DNA of 64,000 nt from a virus. Lineage: Duplodnaviria; Caudoviricetes. Shown piece by piece: positions 1 to 8,815 of this stretch. The stretch covers positions 284 through 64,283 of IMG/VR virus record IMGVR_UViG_3300029267_001596. One strand, written 5' to 3'. The notes under the pieces are model-generated. The model made no database searches. It was not told the DNA's origin and worked only from the letters and a program-made list of their open reading frames with translations. The position numbers and the translations under genes are program-made. The first letter of the stretch is position 1, and every line of letters begins with the position of its first letter.

Positions 1-307
1 GCTTCATCCCAGCCCAGCTTTCATACGTCGCGCTCCTGCTCTTACGTCGGGAGTGTCCATGCGTATGCGCTCGGCGAATAGACTCTCGCCTCAGACAACC
101 ACAGCTTCGAGTGTGCCCACTCTTGAGATCCCGTTGACTCACGACTGTGTCCGCGCCGCACTCGCACCGACACGCCCAACGCCTAGCAGTGGCGTTACTA
201 GGATACCGTCGCTTGGGTGACTCAGATACAACCGTCAGTCGACCGAAAACCTGTCCTGTTAGGTCTTCGCGATATGTACGTCTTGCTGTCGCCTGGGCAT
301 CTGTCAT
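1..307 (-). CDS. HNH/AP2-type endonuclease-like phage protein, N-terminal part (runs off window start)
   Basis: Manual translation MTDAQATARRTYREDLTGQVFGRLTVV...WACRCECG...LKSGHTRSCGC...TYESWAGMK; typical N-terminus of this phage family; not in the ORF track because it is truncated. Confidence 0.8.
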   Translation of the reverse strand, partial: MTDAQATARRTYREDLTGQVFGRLTVVSESPKRRYPSNATARRWACRCECGADTVVSQRDLKSGHTRSCGCLRRESIRRAHTHGHSRRKSRSATYESWAGMK

Positions 308-322
308 CGCGCCGTCCGCCCT

Positions 323-520
323 TCACAGTTTGAGCCCAAGTGAGCGTAGATACTTTTTGGTCTTGCGTAGTTTAAGCCTGCTGGCCTTCTTCTTCGTCGC
401 CTCCAGCGGGCGATTCAGCGCCGCCGCCACCTCGGCCGTCGACTGATTGCGGAACTTCTTCTTGAGTGTCCTGACCTCGTCAGGGGTCCAATCCCCTCTC
501 TTGAGTGCCTTCTTTGCCAT
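323..520 (-). CDS. Small basic Myb/SANT-like HTH protein
   Basis: WTPDEVRTLKK...AEVAAALNRPLEATKKKASRL; SD-like AGGAG upstream. Confidence 0.7.
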   Translation of the reverse strand: MAKKALKRGDWTPDEVRTLKKKFRNQSTAEVAAALNRPLEATKKKASRLKLRKTKKYLRSLGLKL

Positions 521-577
521 AACGGTTCTCCTTTCTGATCTGTTGGACTCACCTTTTTGCGCACGCGCGCAATATGG

Positions 578-892
578 TCATCGAATGATTCCTAAGCGTT
601 CCGCTTCGTCCGCCACCCGCTCTATGGGCCTTTTCGGCGGCAGAACCGTGACGATCTCCTTGCGGCGGGTGTCGTAGCAGACCGGGAAGACTCCTTGGCT
701 CGTGGTCACACGCCACTTCGTGACCCGAGCGCTCGTGCGGCCCAGGAACTCCGCTTTCGCCGACTGGATCTGCTCGACCATCTCGCGCCGGAGCTTGCGA
801 GACAGCGGGATACCGTATCTCTCGATCATCCGACGCGCGGCGTGGATGCCCATCGACTGCCTGCGATTGCGAACGGTGCGGCGTCTGCCCAT
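578..892 (-). CDS. Hypothetical protein (HAxRRxxERYG...IVTVLP, RelE/BrnT-like fold possible)
   Basis: Start overlaps the upstream stop; motif pattern. Confidence 0.55.
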   Translation of the reverse strand: MGRRRTVRNRRQSMGIHAARRMIERYGIPLSRKLRREMVEQIQSAKAEFLGRTSARVTKWRVTTSQGVFPVCYDTRRKEIVTVLPPKRPIERVADEAERLGIIR

Positions 893-1146
893 TACGTTTC
901 GCCCCCCGTCTCTGCGCCGAGCACGTTACGCAGCTGTGCAAGCTTTCCTTCGGAGGTTCGCCACTTGGCGTAGATCTCCGATGTGTTCTGACGATGTTGG
1001 GCCAGCCGCTTCTCGTGGGACGCGCGGGCAGCCTTGAGTTGGCGAACCATGGCCTTGCGATACCGTCGCTCGTCCACCCAGAAGGCACCGAAGACAACTG
1101 CCGCCAGGGCGGACGCGACTGTTGCACCGATCAGTATGTCAGTCAT
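892..1146 (-). CDS. Membrane-anchored coiled-coil hypothetical protein
   Basis: MTDILIGATVASALAAVVFGAFW hydrophobic N-terminus; GAGGAG SD; ATGA coupling. Confidence 0.6.
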   Translation of the reverse strand: MTDILIGATVASALAAVVFGAFWVDERRYRKAMVRQLKAARASHEKRLAQHRQNTSEIYAKWRTSEGKLAQLRNVLGAETGGET

Positions 1147-1448
1147 GAGCGTTCTCCTCTTGGCGGCCGGCTGTTCACAATCCCCCGCACCCATCTGCGG
1201 GCGATGCGGGATGCGCCGAGGTCGGTGAAGGGCTTGCTTCTCGCTATTCGCAACTCGCGACAGCGGCCCATCCAGACGAACTCTACATAGAGCTGATACC
1301 GTGGCGTCATGCGTTCCTCCCGCCAGGTCTCGATGCGTATGAGTCCATGCCGGGTGCGGGCTGTGCCGACGCGAATCGTACGCTTGCCCACCCAGTACCA
1401 CATCGTCGCCTCGTAGACGGCCCAGTTTCCTTCTGTTCTGCGTGTCAT
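1143..1448 (-). CDS. Hypothetical protein
   Basis: ORF with GAGGA SD, coupled to neighbours. Confidence 0.55.
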   Translation of the reverse strand: MTRRTEGNWAVYEATMWYWVGKRTIRVGTARTRHGLIRIETWREERMTPRYQLYVEFVWMGRCRELRIARSKPFTDLGASRIARRWVRGIVNSRPPRGERS

Positions 1449-1459
1449 GATATTCCTCG

Positions 1460-1705
1460 TTAGCACATAATCTGAATGTCGAGATTCGCCTGCGCGGCCA
1501 AGGCCTTGAGCACGTCTTCGGCTGTAACCTCTTCCGAGAGGCGGACGGAGGGGTTGGGTGCCCCCAACACCACCGTTCCGTTCGTCCAGTTGAAGCGTAT
1601 TGTGGCGCGGCCGAGGTAGGGAAAGTCGTCACCCTCTTCTCTCCCTTGGTTGTCTGCCGCCCGCAGCAGTTCGTCGGCGTTCTCTAGGATGGCTATCTTG
1701 TACAT
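1460..1705 (-). CDS. Hypothetical protein
   Basis: MYKIAILENAD...; GGGAGAG SD. Confidence 0.55.
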   Translation of the reverse strand: MYKIAILENADELLRAADNQGREEGDDFPYLGRATIRFNWTNGTVVLGAPNPSVRLSEEVTAEDVLKALAAQANLDIQIMC

Positions 1706-1881
1706 GGTCTCTCCCATTCGTCGGGTGGATCGATCGTCATGGTCTGTCCGCAGCACTTGGGCCAACCGGACCGCAGGCGGTCAGCGGAGTCCACCTTCTC
1801 CGTGCGCCCGCACGTCCGGCACCAGACCTGGCCGCGCTGCAGCTTCGGCTGGGACCTGGCTAGAGTTTCGTGTATTGCCAT
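1693..1881 (-). CDS. Small zinc-finger protein
   Basis: VWCRTCG...GWPKCCGQTM. Confidence 0.6.
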   Translation of the reverse strand: MAIHETLARSQPKLQRGQVWCRTCGRTEKVDSADRLRSGWPKCCGQTMTIDPPDEWERPCTR

Positions 1882-2470
1882 GTCTCTCCTGCTTTCTGAT
1901 GATCTCGGCCACATGCCCGCTGTAGAACGATGCCCAGACAATCGCCTTGCCCTGTATGCGCCCGGCGTGTTTGCGGGGCCGGCCGTTCGCGTCCCGGCAG
2001 CAGTACTTGCGAGCGAATCGCCGCTTCCACGTGTCGATGCTGATGTCCCATCCGTAGAGCGTGCGATTGCCTAGCGGAAAGAGGTCCATGAGTCTATCCA
2101 TCAATCGGGCATCTCTTTCCAGGTACTTCCCGTACGAGTAGTCCCGGCCGATCAGGTAGACCCACCATCCGTAATAGGCGAACCCAGCGACGCCGGGGCA
2201 ATGGAACACCCAGACGTAAATGGGCCGGATCTCAGTGCCGGCGACGCAGCGCCTGCGCTCCAGTTGTCGCCGTTGCCGCGCGCGCTTCTGGCGACCCACC
2301 TCCGCCCACGTCACGGTACGCCATCGTCCGTGCTCGTCTTTCGTCGCCCGCGCAACGTCGGGTCCGAACTGCGAAGCCAGTATGTCGAACGGCCCGCGCT
2401 CGGCCGCCCTCTCGCGCGTTCGGGGTCGTGTCCATATAACGGTCACTTCTGCGACTCCTTCCTTCCCCAC
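1781..2470 (-). CDS. Hypothetical protein
   Basis: 229-aa ORF in operon orientation. Confidence 0.5.
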   Translation of the reverse strand: MGKEGVAEVTVIWTRPRTRERAAERGPFDILASQFGPDVARATKDEHGRWRTVTWAEVGRQKRARQRRQLERRRCVAGTEIRPIYVWVFHCPGVAGFAYYGWWVYLIGRDYSYGKYLERDARLMDRLMDLFPLGNRTLYGWDISIDTWKRRFARKYCCRDANGRPRKHAGRIQGKAIVWASFYSGHVAEIIRKQERHGNTRNSSQVPAEAAARPGLVPDVRAHGEGGLR

Positions 2471-2769
2471 TCATCGCACCAGCCGGTGGGGTCGACTTGC
2501 CTCTCCACCCATTCACGACAGCAAAGATGGAGACGCCACGATGAACTGTGGATGCATGACGCGCAATTCGCACACCGCTGCTCGCACTCTTCCGGCACGT
2601 GGTCAGCTACACCCCCACATCGGGGACACTTGGGCTTGCGCACCAATCGCCACGCCTTCTTGGCCCCGCCCACGACGCACGCCTTGACAATGCTCCCGAG
2701 CAGGCCGGCGAGCGCGAAGGGGATCTTCCACTTCTTGTCTGGGCCTTGGAATCCTATCGGTCCGGTCAT
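2443..2769 (-). CDS. Cys-rich hypothetical protein with hydrophobic N-terminal segment
   Basis: CPRC, CANC and further Cys; ATGA-coupled to upstream gene. Confidence 0.5.
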   Translation of the reverse strand: MTGPIGFQGPDKKWKIPFALAGLLGSIVKACVVGGAKKAWRLVRKPKCPRCGGVADHVPEECEQRCANCASCIHSSSWRLHLCCREWVERQVDPTGWCDEWGRKESQK

Positions 2770-2936
2770 CGCTTCGCCCCTTCCTGGGTCGGTTTGCGGT
2801 CGATCTGCGCCTCCTTCGGCGCCGTGATGACCACTCGCGTCTTCGCGATCGCCCTGCGCACATGAATGCGTATCCGGTCGTCGATGACGATATCCTCGCG
2901 CCGGGAGGGGCAGACTACTAATCGAGTGTCTACCAT
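2766..2936 (-). CDS. csrA: Divergent CsrA/RsmA-family RNA-binding protein (56 aa)
   Basis: Manual translation MVDTRLVVCPSRREDIVIDDRIRIHVRRAIAKTRVVITAPKEAQIDRKPTQEGAKR; aligns by eye to CsrA (E-x-I-x-I-x-D, R-x-x-I-x-APKE-x-x-I-x-R); GAGGAGG SD; below the ORF-track cutoff. Confidence 0.75.
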   Translation of the reverse strand: MVDTRLVVCPSRREDIVIDDRIRIHVRRAIAKTRVVITAPKEAQIDRKPTQEGAKR

Positions 2937-2945
2937 GGTGCCTCC

Positions 2946-3260
2946 TCAGCAGTTGAGTGCCCCGCGTACGACAATCACCAAGGCGTCGTCCAGCTTGCCG
3001 TCGTGCGTGTACGCCCGGACCGCCATTGTCTCAGCCAATTCACGCAACGCTTCGCTTGTTTCACGGGGGCGAATCTTTGGATCGACGATTCCCTGGAGTA
3101 GAGCCACGCCAGCGTCGTCGGCCTTGTTGCCCGTCAACGCCGCGCGTCGCTCCAGGTCTTCCAGTTCGTCAACCAAGGCTTCACCGAGTTTCGGCCCGAT
3201 CTTCTTGGCCGCCCACATAATCGCCTTGCCGCCTATCCATTCGCGTATTCTTCCGAACAT
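2946..3260 (-). CDS. Hypothetical protein
   Basis: ORF with AAGGAG SD. Confidence 0.6.
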   Translation of the reverse strand: MFGRIREWIGGKAIMWAAKKIGPKLGEALVDELEDLERRAALTGNKADDAGVALLQGIVDPKIRPRETSEALRELAETMAVRAYTHDGKLDDALVIVVRGALNC

Positions 3261-3370
3261 ACTCCAAGACTCCTTTCCTTATCTGAGTGGAGTGGCCGTT
3301 ACTGCTCTGGCGGGGCAACCGTGTGAAAGCCCGCATCGTCACAGAGGGTCACGGCCACTTGAAGCGAACG

Positions 3371-3898
3371 CTATCTGCTAGCCTTGGGCTTGAAGCGAAT
3401 GCATGGGCCGGTGACGACCACGTACCGGTCATGGTCCTCCCGGAACGTCTGCCACGCCTGCTGGTACTCGGTCGCCCAGTCGAACCAGTGTCGCGGCGCA
3501 TCGTTGAGTGTGGTCTTACTGCCCACCAGCCACCCGGCTTCCAGTTGCCCATCCTGAAACTCCCAGCCCCCGTAGAGCCCGGCATAGACCACCCCCTCCG
3601 GGAGCGTCCAGTCTCCATTGATCCAGTTGGCGATGACGTCCGCCGTTAGGGCGTTGTACATCCCATAGACTCTCAGGTCAGTAGCGACGTCGCCTTCAGA
3701 GGCCAGCGCCTTGTCGTAGCGTGGTGCAATGTAGGCCTCGAACGCGTCCCAGATCGCCCCCAAGCGAAATTCCGCAACGTTGTCCCCCGCCATGATGCCG
3801 ATCGTCCATTCGATCTCAGGCGCATTGGGCTCTTCCTCGGCGAAGCTCGTCACCGTCATCGCGGCGACCATCATCAGTACTGCGATCCATCGTTTCAT
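3371..3898 (-). CDS. Secreted or outer-membrane-like protein
   Basis: Sec signal MKRWIAVLMMVAAMTVTSFA; beta-strand-like, aromatic-rich mature part. Confidence 0.7.
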   Translation of the reverse strand: MKRWIAVLMMVAAMTVTSFAEEEPNAPEIEWTIGIMAGDNVAEFRLGAIWDAFEAYIAPRYDKALASEGDVATDLRVYGMYNALTADVIANWINGDWTLPEGVVYAGLYGGWEFQDGQLEAGWLVGSKTTLNDAPRHWFDWATEYQQAWQTFREDHDRYVVVTGPCIRFKPKASR

Positions 3899-3913
3899 GC
3901 TCTTGTCTCCTTA

Positions 3914-4189
3914 CTACTCGGTGATTGCTTTTTCGACGACCAACGTCCACATGTCGTCGATATCGTGATCGTTCCAGTCTGAGCACAACCCGCTTGCTCT
4001 CATCGCGTTCCGCACCTGCATCCCCTCGCGGAAGTGGACCGGATGCGGTATGGGCCGATTGGCCTTGCGCCCGAACGTGGGACTCACTGACCCCGCCCAC
4101 CGCCTGTAACGCCGGAACAAGGCGACGCCGCGCGGCCCAAGCCACTCGCGGATGTGCTCTACCAGTTCGTGTGAAGGTTCCCGGCGCAT
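3914..4189 (-). CDS. Hypothetical protein
   Basis: PHPVHFREGMQVRNAMR...DHDIDD; AGGA SD. Confidence 0.6.
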   Translation of the reverse strand: MRREPSHELVEHIREWLGPRGVALFRRYRRWAGSVSPTFGRKANRPIPHPVHFREGMQVRNAMRASGLCSDWNDHDIDDMWTLVVEKAITE

Positions 4190-4194
4190 CGGTC

Positions 4195-4674
4195 CTACTC
4201 CACGATGAACCAGTCGTCGCTGAGCATGTCGGCCTGGCTGGCGACCCAGCCCGGCTGCCACTGCTTCTTGGCGTTGTACAGAGCAAAGTAGGCCTGGCAG
4301 TCCAACGGGACATCGGGACCGATGAGCCTCGCTGTGCGGTCGTTGACCTTCCGACCGGGCTCTTGGGAGTTGAACGGAGGCAGGTGCATCGGCGACATGT
4401 AGACCGCGAACATGTCCGCTCCGTTCCACCCAGCCCGGGCGATCTTGTGTCCCTGCTTTGCCGCCTCGATCGCGAAGCCGAACGGCATACCCGTCGTTGG
4501 GCGGTTATGCTTCTCGAACGTCTCCTTCGGGCACCAACTCTGATAGCCCTCCTCGTACTTCACGAGGTAGCCGTGATCTTCGACGTTGCCATCGATGGGA
4601 CGCCCCAAGTACTCTTGGGCAGCAGCCAACGTCATGGGCTCGCCGTCTACAATCTTGACTCCGATGAATCTCAT
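4195..4674 (-). CDS. DUF2829/Tad2-like protein (putative cyclic-nucleotide sponge, anti-Thoeris/CBASS)
   Basis: FGFAIEAAKQGHKIARAGWNG...GWVASQADMLSDDW signature, plus N-terminal GYLVKYEEGYQSWCPKETFE module. Confidence 0.8.
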   Translation of the reverse strand: MRFIGVKIVDGEPMTLAAAQEYLGRPIDGNVEDHGYLVKYEEGYQSWCPKETFEKHNRPTTGMPFGFAIEAAKQGHKIARAGWNGADMFAVYMSPMHLPPFNSQEPGRKVNDRTARLIGPDVPLDCQAYFALYNAKKQWQPGWVASQADMLSDDWFIVE

Positions 4675-4731
4675 AGCTTCGTGACTCCTTTCAATATCTG
4701 CTCTCGTTCACCGCCTGGACGTCCGGGCGGT

Positions 4732-5157
4732 CTATAGCACTCCGTCAGCACAGTCTTGCGTCTGGTCCGTCTGGGCCGACTCTGTCTCAACATCCTCGGC
4801 CAGGCGATCGAAGCACTTGTCACACAGCGGCACGCCTTCGCTATCTGTCTTGGTGGCCGTGCGCCCGCAGCCCTCGCAGTAGTCCTGGGCCTCAGGCCCC
4901 GGCAACTCCCACTGTTGAACGGGTTGAGGTCGGTTCTGCTGTGCGACCGCCCTGACGATCGACTCGGTCGTGGGCGTCATGCAGTAGACACTGGAGACGT
5001 TGTAGAATTGGGTCGCCGGCGGCTCGCTGGGGATGTCGATGCGCAGCATGCCCTGTCCGGCGATCTCCACCTCACGCACGTAACCGGCCAAACGCCGGTG
5101 CCCCATCAGTTCCAGAATCACCCACTGGGCAAACGGCTCTCTTCCTTGTCCTTCCAT
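4732..5157 (-). CDS. Conserved phage protein with C-terminal Zn finger
   Basis: WVILELMGHRRLAGYVREVEIAG...LRIDIP; CEGC...CDKC. Confidence 0.7.
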   Translation of the reverse strand: MEGQGREPFAQWVILELMGHRRLAGYVREVEIAGQGMLRIDIPSEPPATQFYNVSSVYCMTPTTESIVRAVAQQNRPQPVQQWELPGPEAQDYCEGCGRTATKTDSEGVPLCDKCFDRLAEDVETESAQTDQTQDCADGVL

Positions 5158-5177
5158 GGTTCTCCTTTCGATTTCTG

Positions 5178-6779
5178 CTATCCAACGTCCGCTCGCGCCG
5201 CTTCGCGAAGCCGTACGTTCGCCTTAACCAGCGCCGCCGCGATCGGCGGACACACACTGTTCCCTATCTTCGCCACCTGGCAGGACTTCGTGCCGGTCAA
5301 GTGGTATGTGTCCGGGAAGCCTTGGGCGCGGGCCAGTTCTCTTGGGGTCAGCATCCGCAGGCCGATATCCGCGATCTGGTAGTCATGGCCTGCGACTGTC
5401 ACCAGGCCCAATCGGTGCTTGGCGGTGATAGTGTGCGCCGGTTCCCGACACGACTGCCCAACAGCCGTATTGAAGTACTTCAGGAGAAAGGCACGCACCT
5501 CGCCGATGTGCTGGCCGCCTCCGGTGACGGTCGGCATCGGCTGGCGCGGGTCGCTGCCCGTCGTCGTGCCGTAGAATTTCGTTAAGTAGGAGGTCACCAG
5601 GGCGTCGTGATTCTGCGCTGATGCGGTGGGGGATGGCGTGTCGACCGATGATCCGACGGACTGACCGTAGTACCGGGTCATATGGGCCGCAACGAGCCCG
5701 AATCGGTTGAAAGTATCCTGAGTTCGCAGTGGATCGCGCAGGTTTTGGCCCCGTGCCTCTTGCCCCTTGGCTCCGTGGTAGTTGATCAGGTACGGGGCAA
5801 CCAGAGCCTTCTCGCCCCGATGCGCCGTCGTGATCGTACGTAGCGGCTCTTCCGCCTTTTCGAGTCTGCCGCCATGAGTGAGGTTGTAGAGATACGGCGT
5901 CACCAACCCCATCGCATGACCGGCTCCAGCGGGACGCTTGACGTAGCTTCCGGCCGTAATCGTATGCATGGGCTCGTGAATCGTCTGCCCGGTCGCGCCC
6001 TGGCGGAACTTGATGATGAACGGGTCGCCGCTCTCGATGACAAACTTGCGAATCCCCCGGGCGATCCGCGCCAGCGTCTTCTCAGCCAGAGGCCGTCGAA
6101 CGCCCCAGGCCTTGGCCTCTTCTTTCGTCAGGAAGATGGAGGGGCACGGTAGCGACCAATCGATGCATTCAGCGGCCGTGTGGTATGGCAGCTTTCCTTC
6201 CCAGTGCGTCGGCTCCGGCCACACGATCGGCCGGCCGTCGCAGCGAGCAATCACAAACAGCCGCTTGCGGATCGTCGGCGCGCCATAGTCGCAGGCCCGC
6301 AGGTCTTTGCTCTCCAGTTCATAGCCCAGGGCACGGAGTTGTTCGCACCAGAGCTTGAATGTCTCGCCCTTGCGCCGCTTGTCCGGAACAGAGTCCTTCG
6401 TGAGAGGCCCCCACATCCTAAACTCAGGGACGTTCTCCAGGATGATGACCCTGGGCCGCACCGCCTTGGCCCAACGCACGACCACCCAGGCCAGCGAACG
6501 GATGTTCTTCTTCACCGGTTTGCCGCCTTTGGCGCGGGAGAAGTGCGTGCAATCGGGGGACGCCCACAACAGTCCCACCGGTCGCCCGGCTGTCGCTTGA
6601 GCCGGGTCCACGTTGTAGATATCGGCGCACTCGTGGCGGGTGCGTGGATGGTTCATCCAGTGCATGGCCATCGCATCCTGGTCGTGATTGACCGCCAGGT
6701 CCACCGGCACTCCCAATGCTTGCGTGATCCCCAGCGACGCTCCGCCGCCGCCGGCGAACATGTCTACGATCATCTCCAC
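5178..6779 (-). CDS. DNA (cytosine-5) methyltransferase
   Basis: Motifs DMFAGGGG, ASPDC, ENV, RKRLF, RAQGFP, KIGNSV. Confidence 0.95.
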   Translation of the reverse strand: MEMIVDMFAGGGGASLGITQALGVPVDLAVNHDQDAMAMHWMNHPRTRHECADIYNVDPAQATAGRPVGLLWASPDCTHFSRAKGGKPVKKNIRSLAWVVVRWAKAVRPRVIILENVPEFRMWGPLTKDSVPDKRRKGETFKLWCEQLRALGYELESKDLRACDYGAPTIRKRLFVIARCDGRPIVWPEPTHWEGKLPYHTAAECIDWSLPCPSIFLTKEEAKAWGVRRPLAEKTLARIARGIRKFVIESGDPFIIKFRQGATGQTIHEPMHTITAGSYVKRPAGAGHAMGLVTPYLYNLTHGGRLEKAEEPLRTITTAHRGEKALVAPYLINYHGAKGQEARGQNLRDPLRTQDTFNRFGLVAAHMTRYYGQSVGSSVDTPSPTASAQNHDALVTSYLTKFYGTTTGSDPRQPMPTVTGGGQHIGEVRAFLLKYFNTAVGQSCREPAHTITAKHRLGLVTVAGHDYQIADIGLRMLTPRELARAQGFPDTYHLTGTKSCQVAKIGNSVCPPIAAALVKANVRLREAARADVG

Positions 6780-7618
6780 TATGCTGTCTCCCTAGGAAAC
6801 TCCCGAACCCGCAGGTCTCGGGGAAACTTCGTAATGTCCTTGACGACCTTGCCGTTGAGGTCGACTTGCTTGACGAAGACGGGGATGTTGGCCGCTTGGC
6901 CCTGCTGGACGATCGAGCGGAGCCAGTTGAGTTGGCATCGGCGACGCCCGGGCCCGGACTCACAGCCGACGATAATCCACCCTAACAGGCCCCGAAGATC
7001 TTCGTGGTTCGGCGCCAATCCTAGATGGAACTTAAGATCGACGGGCCCGAGCAGCGGCTCGAACGAGGCGAAGCGCAACACCGGATCAATCTCATACAAG
7101 TCGCGAAGTCGCCTGTCGGCCCACTCCTGGTTCTCGCAGGTCGCGCCCATCCAGATGTTCGGGGCGTTGACGATCGGGCACGGCAGGCCGTCGTGCTCGT
7201 CCGCGTCGGCGATACAACTGCGGTAGTATTCCAGGGCCCGATCGGGGCGCTTGGTCAGGACCTGGAAGGTTGTGTTCGGATGGCTGATCATCTCGGAGTA
7301 GACCTCGTCGAGGAATTGAAAGGGCACCTTCTCGTGGAACAAGTCCCCCATCGAGCAAACGAAACACATCCCCGATTTCGGGATGTTGTCCCAATGGCGC
7401 TGCGTGCAGACGGCCACTTCGCCATTCCATCGGCCGTCGTAATAGTTGATGACGTCCAGGTAATTGGGCTGCCCCATTCCCGCGAGTCGCTGCGCCATCC
7501 GCTCGGCGTAGCAGTTCTGGCAGCCGGGCGAGACCTTCGAACACCCAACAATCGGGTTCCACGTTTGGTTACTCCACTCTATCCTTGTCTTTGACACGTT
7601 GGGTCTCCTTGGTTTCAC
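6779..7618 (-). CDS. Phage Gp37/Gp68 (DUF5131) radical-SAM-like protein
   Basis: IEWSNQTWNPIVGCSKVSPGCQNCYA, SMGDLFH, LTKRP, SFEPLLG, GCESG. Confidence 0.9.
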   Translation of the reverse strand: MKPRRPNVSKTRIEWSNQTWNPIVGCSKVSPGCQNCYAERMAQRLAGMGQPNYLDVINYYDGRWNGEVAVCTQRHWDNIPKSGMCFVCSMGDLFHEKVPFQFLDEVYSEMISHPNTTFQVLTKRPDRALEYYRSCIADADEHDGLPCPIVNAPNIWMGATCENQEWADRRLRDLYEIDPVLRFASFEPLLGPVDLKFHLGLAPNHEDLRGLLGWIIVGCESGPGRRRCQLNWLRSIVQQGQAANIPVFVKQVDLNGKVVKDITKFPRDLRVREFPRETA

Positions 7619-8517
7619 CTCTCCGTTCGCTCGAACTCATAGACGGCGATCCAGGGATTGCCGACGACGTACCACGGTTTGCCTCGATGCTCCCGGGTCT
7701 CACGAACCGACTCCCACGGGTAGGAGACAAAACACGCCTCTTTGGCCCAGGTGTACGGGTTGTGCGTGCTCGGCTTCGGTTTGGAATTCAGCGAGTCCCA
7801 GAGGTAGGCGAATATCTCGCGATTACCTGCGGTCCGCGTGTCGGCTACGGGCGTGCCGTATCGCTCGTATATCTCTTCCCTTCGCTGGTTCCACGCATCA
7901 TCATGCACCTTGCGAATAATGGCGTCCGTCTCGATGCCTTCGGCCTCAGCGTCCGCTTCGCTGATATCCTGCACGTGCTCGACGCGCACACCCTTGACCC
8001 GGCGACGGATGCGGGCCGCCCACTTGGGCATGTGGATCGCGGGTATGCACCGCTCAGTCAGGTTGTCGTCTGAATCAACATATTCCTGGATGCCATCTGT
8101 TGCGGGGTAGCCGACCGCGTACCCTTCGCCCGTGTTCCAATCCGCGTCCCAGTATCCTACGCCCTCTGCATACAAGGGCTGAATCTTCTCCCGCACCCAC
8201 AATTCGTCCTCGTTTCGGTACGGCAGGCAGTACCCCAACTGCCCATCGGCCGAACACGGACCCCAGCCGATGACTACCGGCTCGCCCCGCCGCATCACGA
8301 ACTCGCCGTTCACCATCTTGTGGATGTCGCCGAAGTGGTCCGGGCTCCACCATCCCGGCGGCTGGGGCTTGAGGTGGCACCTTCTCGTCTGCGTCTTGCG
8401 AAACTCCGTAGACCCACACCGCTCGCACGGGAACGGAACGGACATCTCGCCGCACTTGGCGCACGTGATGGTCGCTCGGACCATGGGCGTGCTGAATAGG
8501 ATCGGCTTCTCACTCAT
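7615..8517 (-). CDS. ASCH/PUA-like phage protein
   Basis: KPILFSTPMVRA...KTQTRR...LWVRE...IHMPKWAARI...VRVEHVQDISEADAEAEG...NPW. Confidence 0.8.
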   Translation of the reverse strand: MSEKPILFSTPMVRATITCAKCGEMSVPFPCERCGSTEFRKTQTRRCHLKPQPPGWWSPDHFGDIHKMVNGEFVMRRGEPVVIGWGPCSADGQLGYCLPYRNEDELWVREKIQPLYAEGVGYWDADWNTGEGYAVGYPATDGIQEYVDSDDNLTERCIPAIHMPKWAARIRRRVKGVRVEHVQDISEADAEAEGIETDAIIRKVHDDAWNQRREEIYERYGTPVADTRTAGNREIFAYLWDSLNSKPKPSTHNPYTWAKEACFVSYPWESVRETREHRGKPWYVVGNPWIAVYEFERTER

Positions 8518-8782
8518 CGTGTTCCTCAATCATCTCAACCGCTGTCGCCAGGATCATGGCAGTCATCATTCCGTTGCCGTGGGGTTCTCTCTCGGCTATC
8601 TCTTTCAGGCAGCGATGGGTAGCCTCCATCACTGTGAGATCGTGGCACTCCATCACCCCCTCGATGACCTTGCGGGTCCTTGCCACTCGGGCCTTATACA
8701 CTTCGCCCAGAAGCTGCTTCATCAGCTTCCGGCCCTCGTACATCTTGGCCGCGATCTCGATTGCCTGTTCACTCATACTCAT
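8510..8782 (-). CDS. Hypothetical protein
   Basis: ORF in operon. Confidence 0.55.
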   Translation of the reverse strand: MSMSEQAIEIAAKMYEGRKLMKQLLGEVYKARVARTRKVIEGVMECHDLTVMEATHRCLKEIAEREPHGNGMMTAMILATAVEMIEEHDE

Positions 8783-8788
8783 GTCCTG

Positions 8789-8815
8789 AAAACGGGGCCG
8801 GGCTGGCCGGCCCCG
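8789..8815 (-). terminator. Intrinsic terminator
   Basis: CGGGGCCGG-CCAGC-CCGGCCCCG followed by TTTT on the minus strand. Confidence 0.55.

Noticed and set aside
3290-3360. c-di-GMP riboswitch
   Set aside because: Lacks the conserved GEMM P1/P2 sequence pattern on the transcribed strand.
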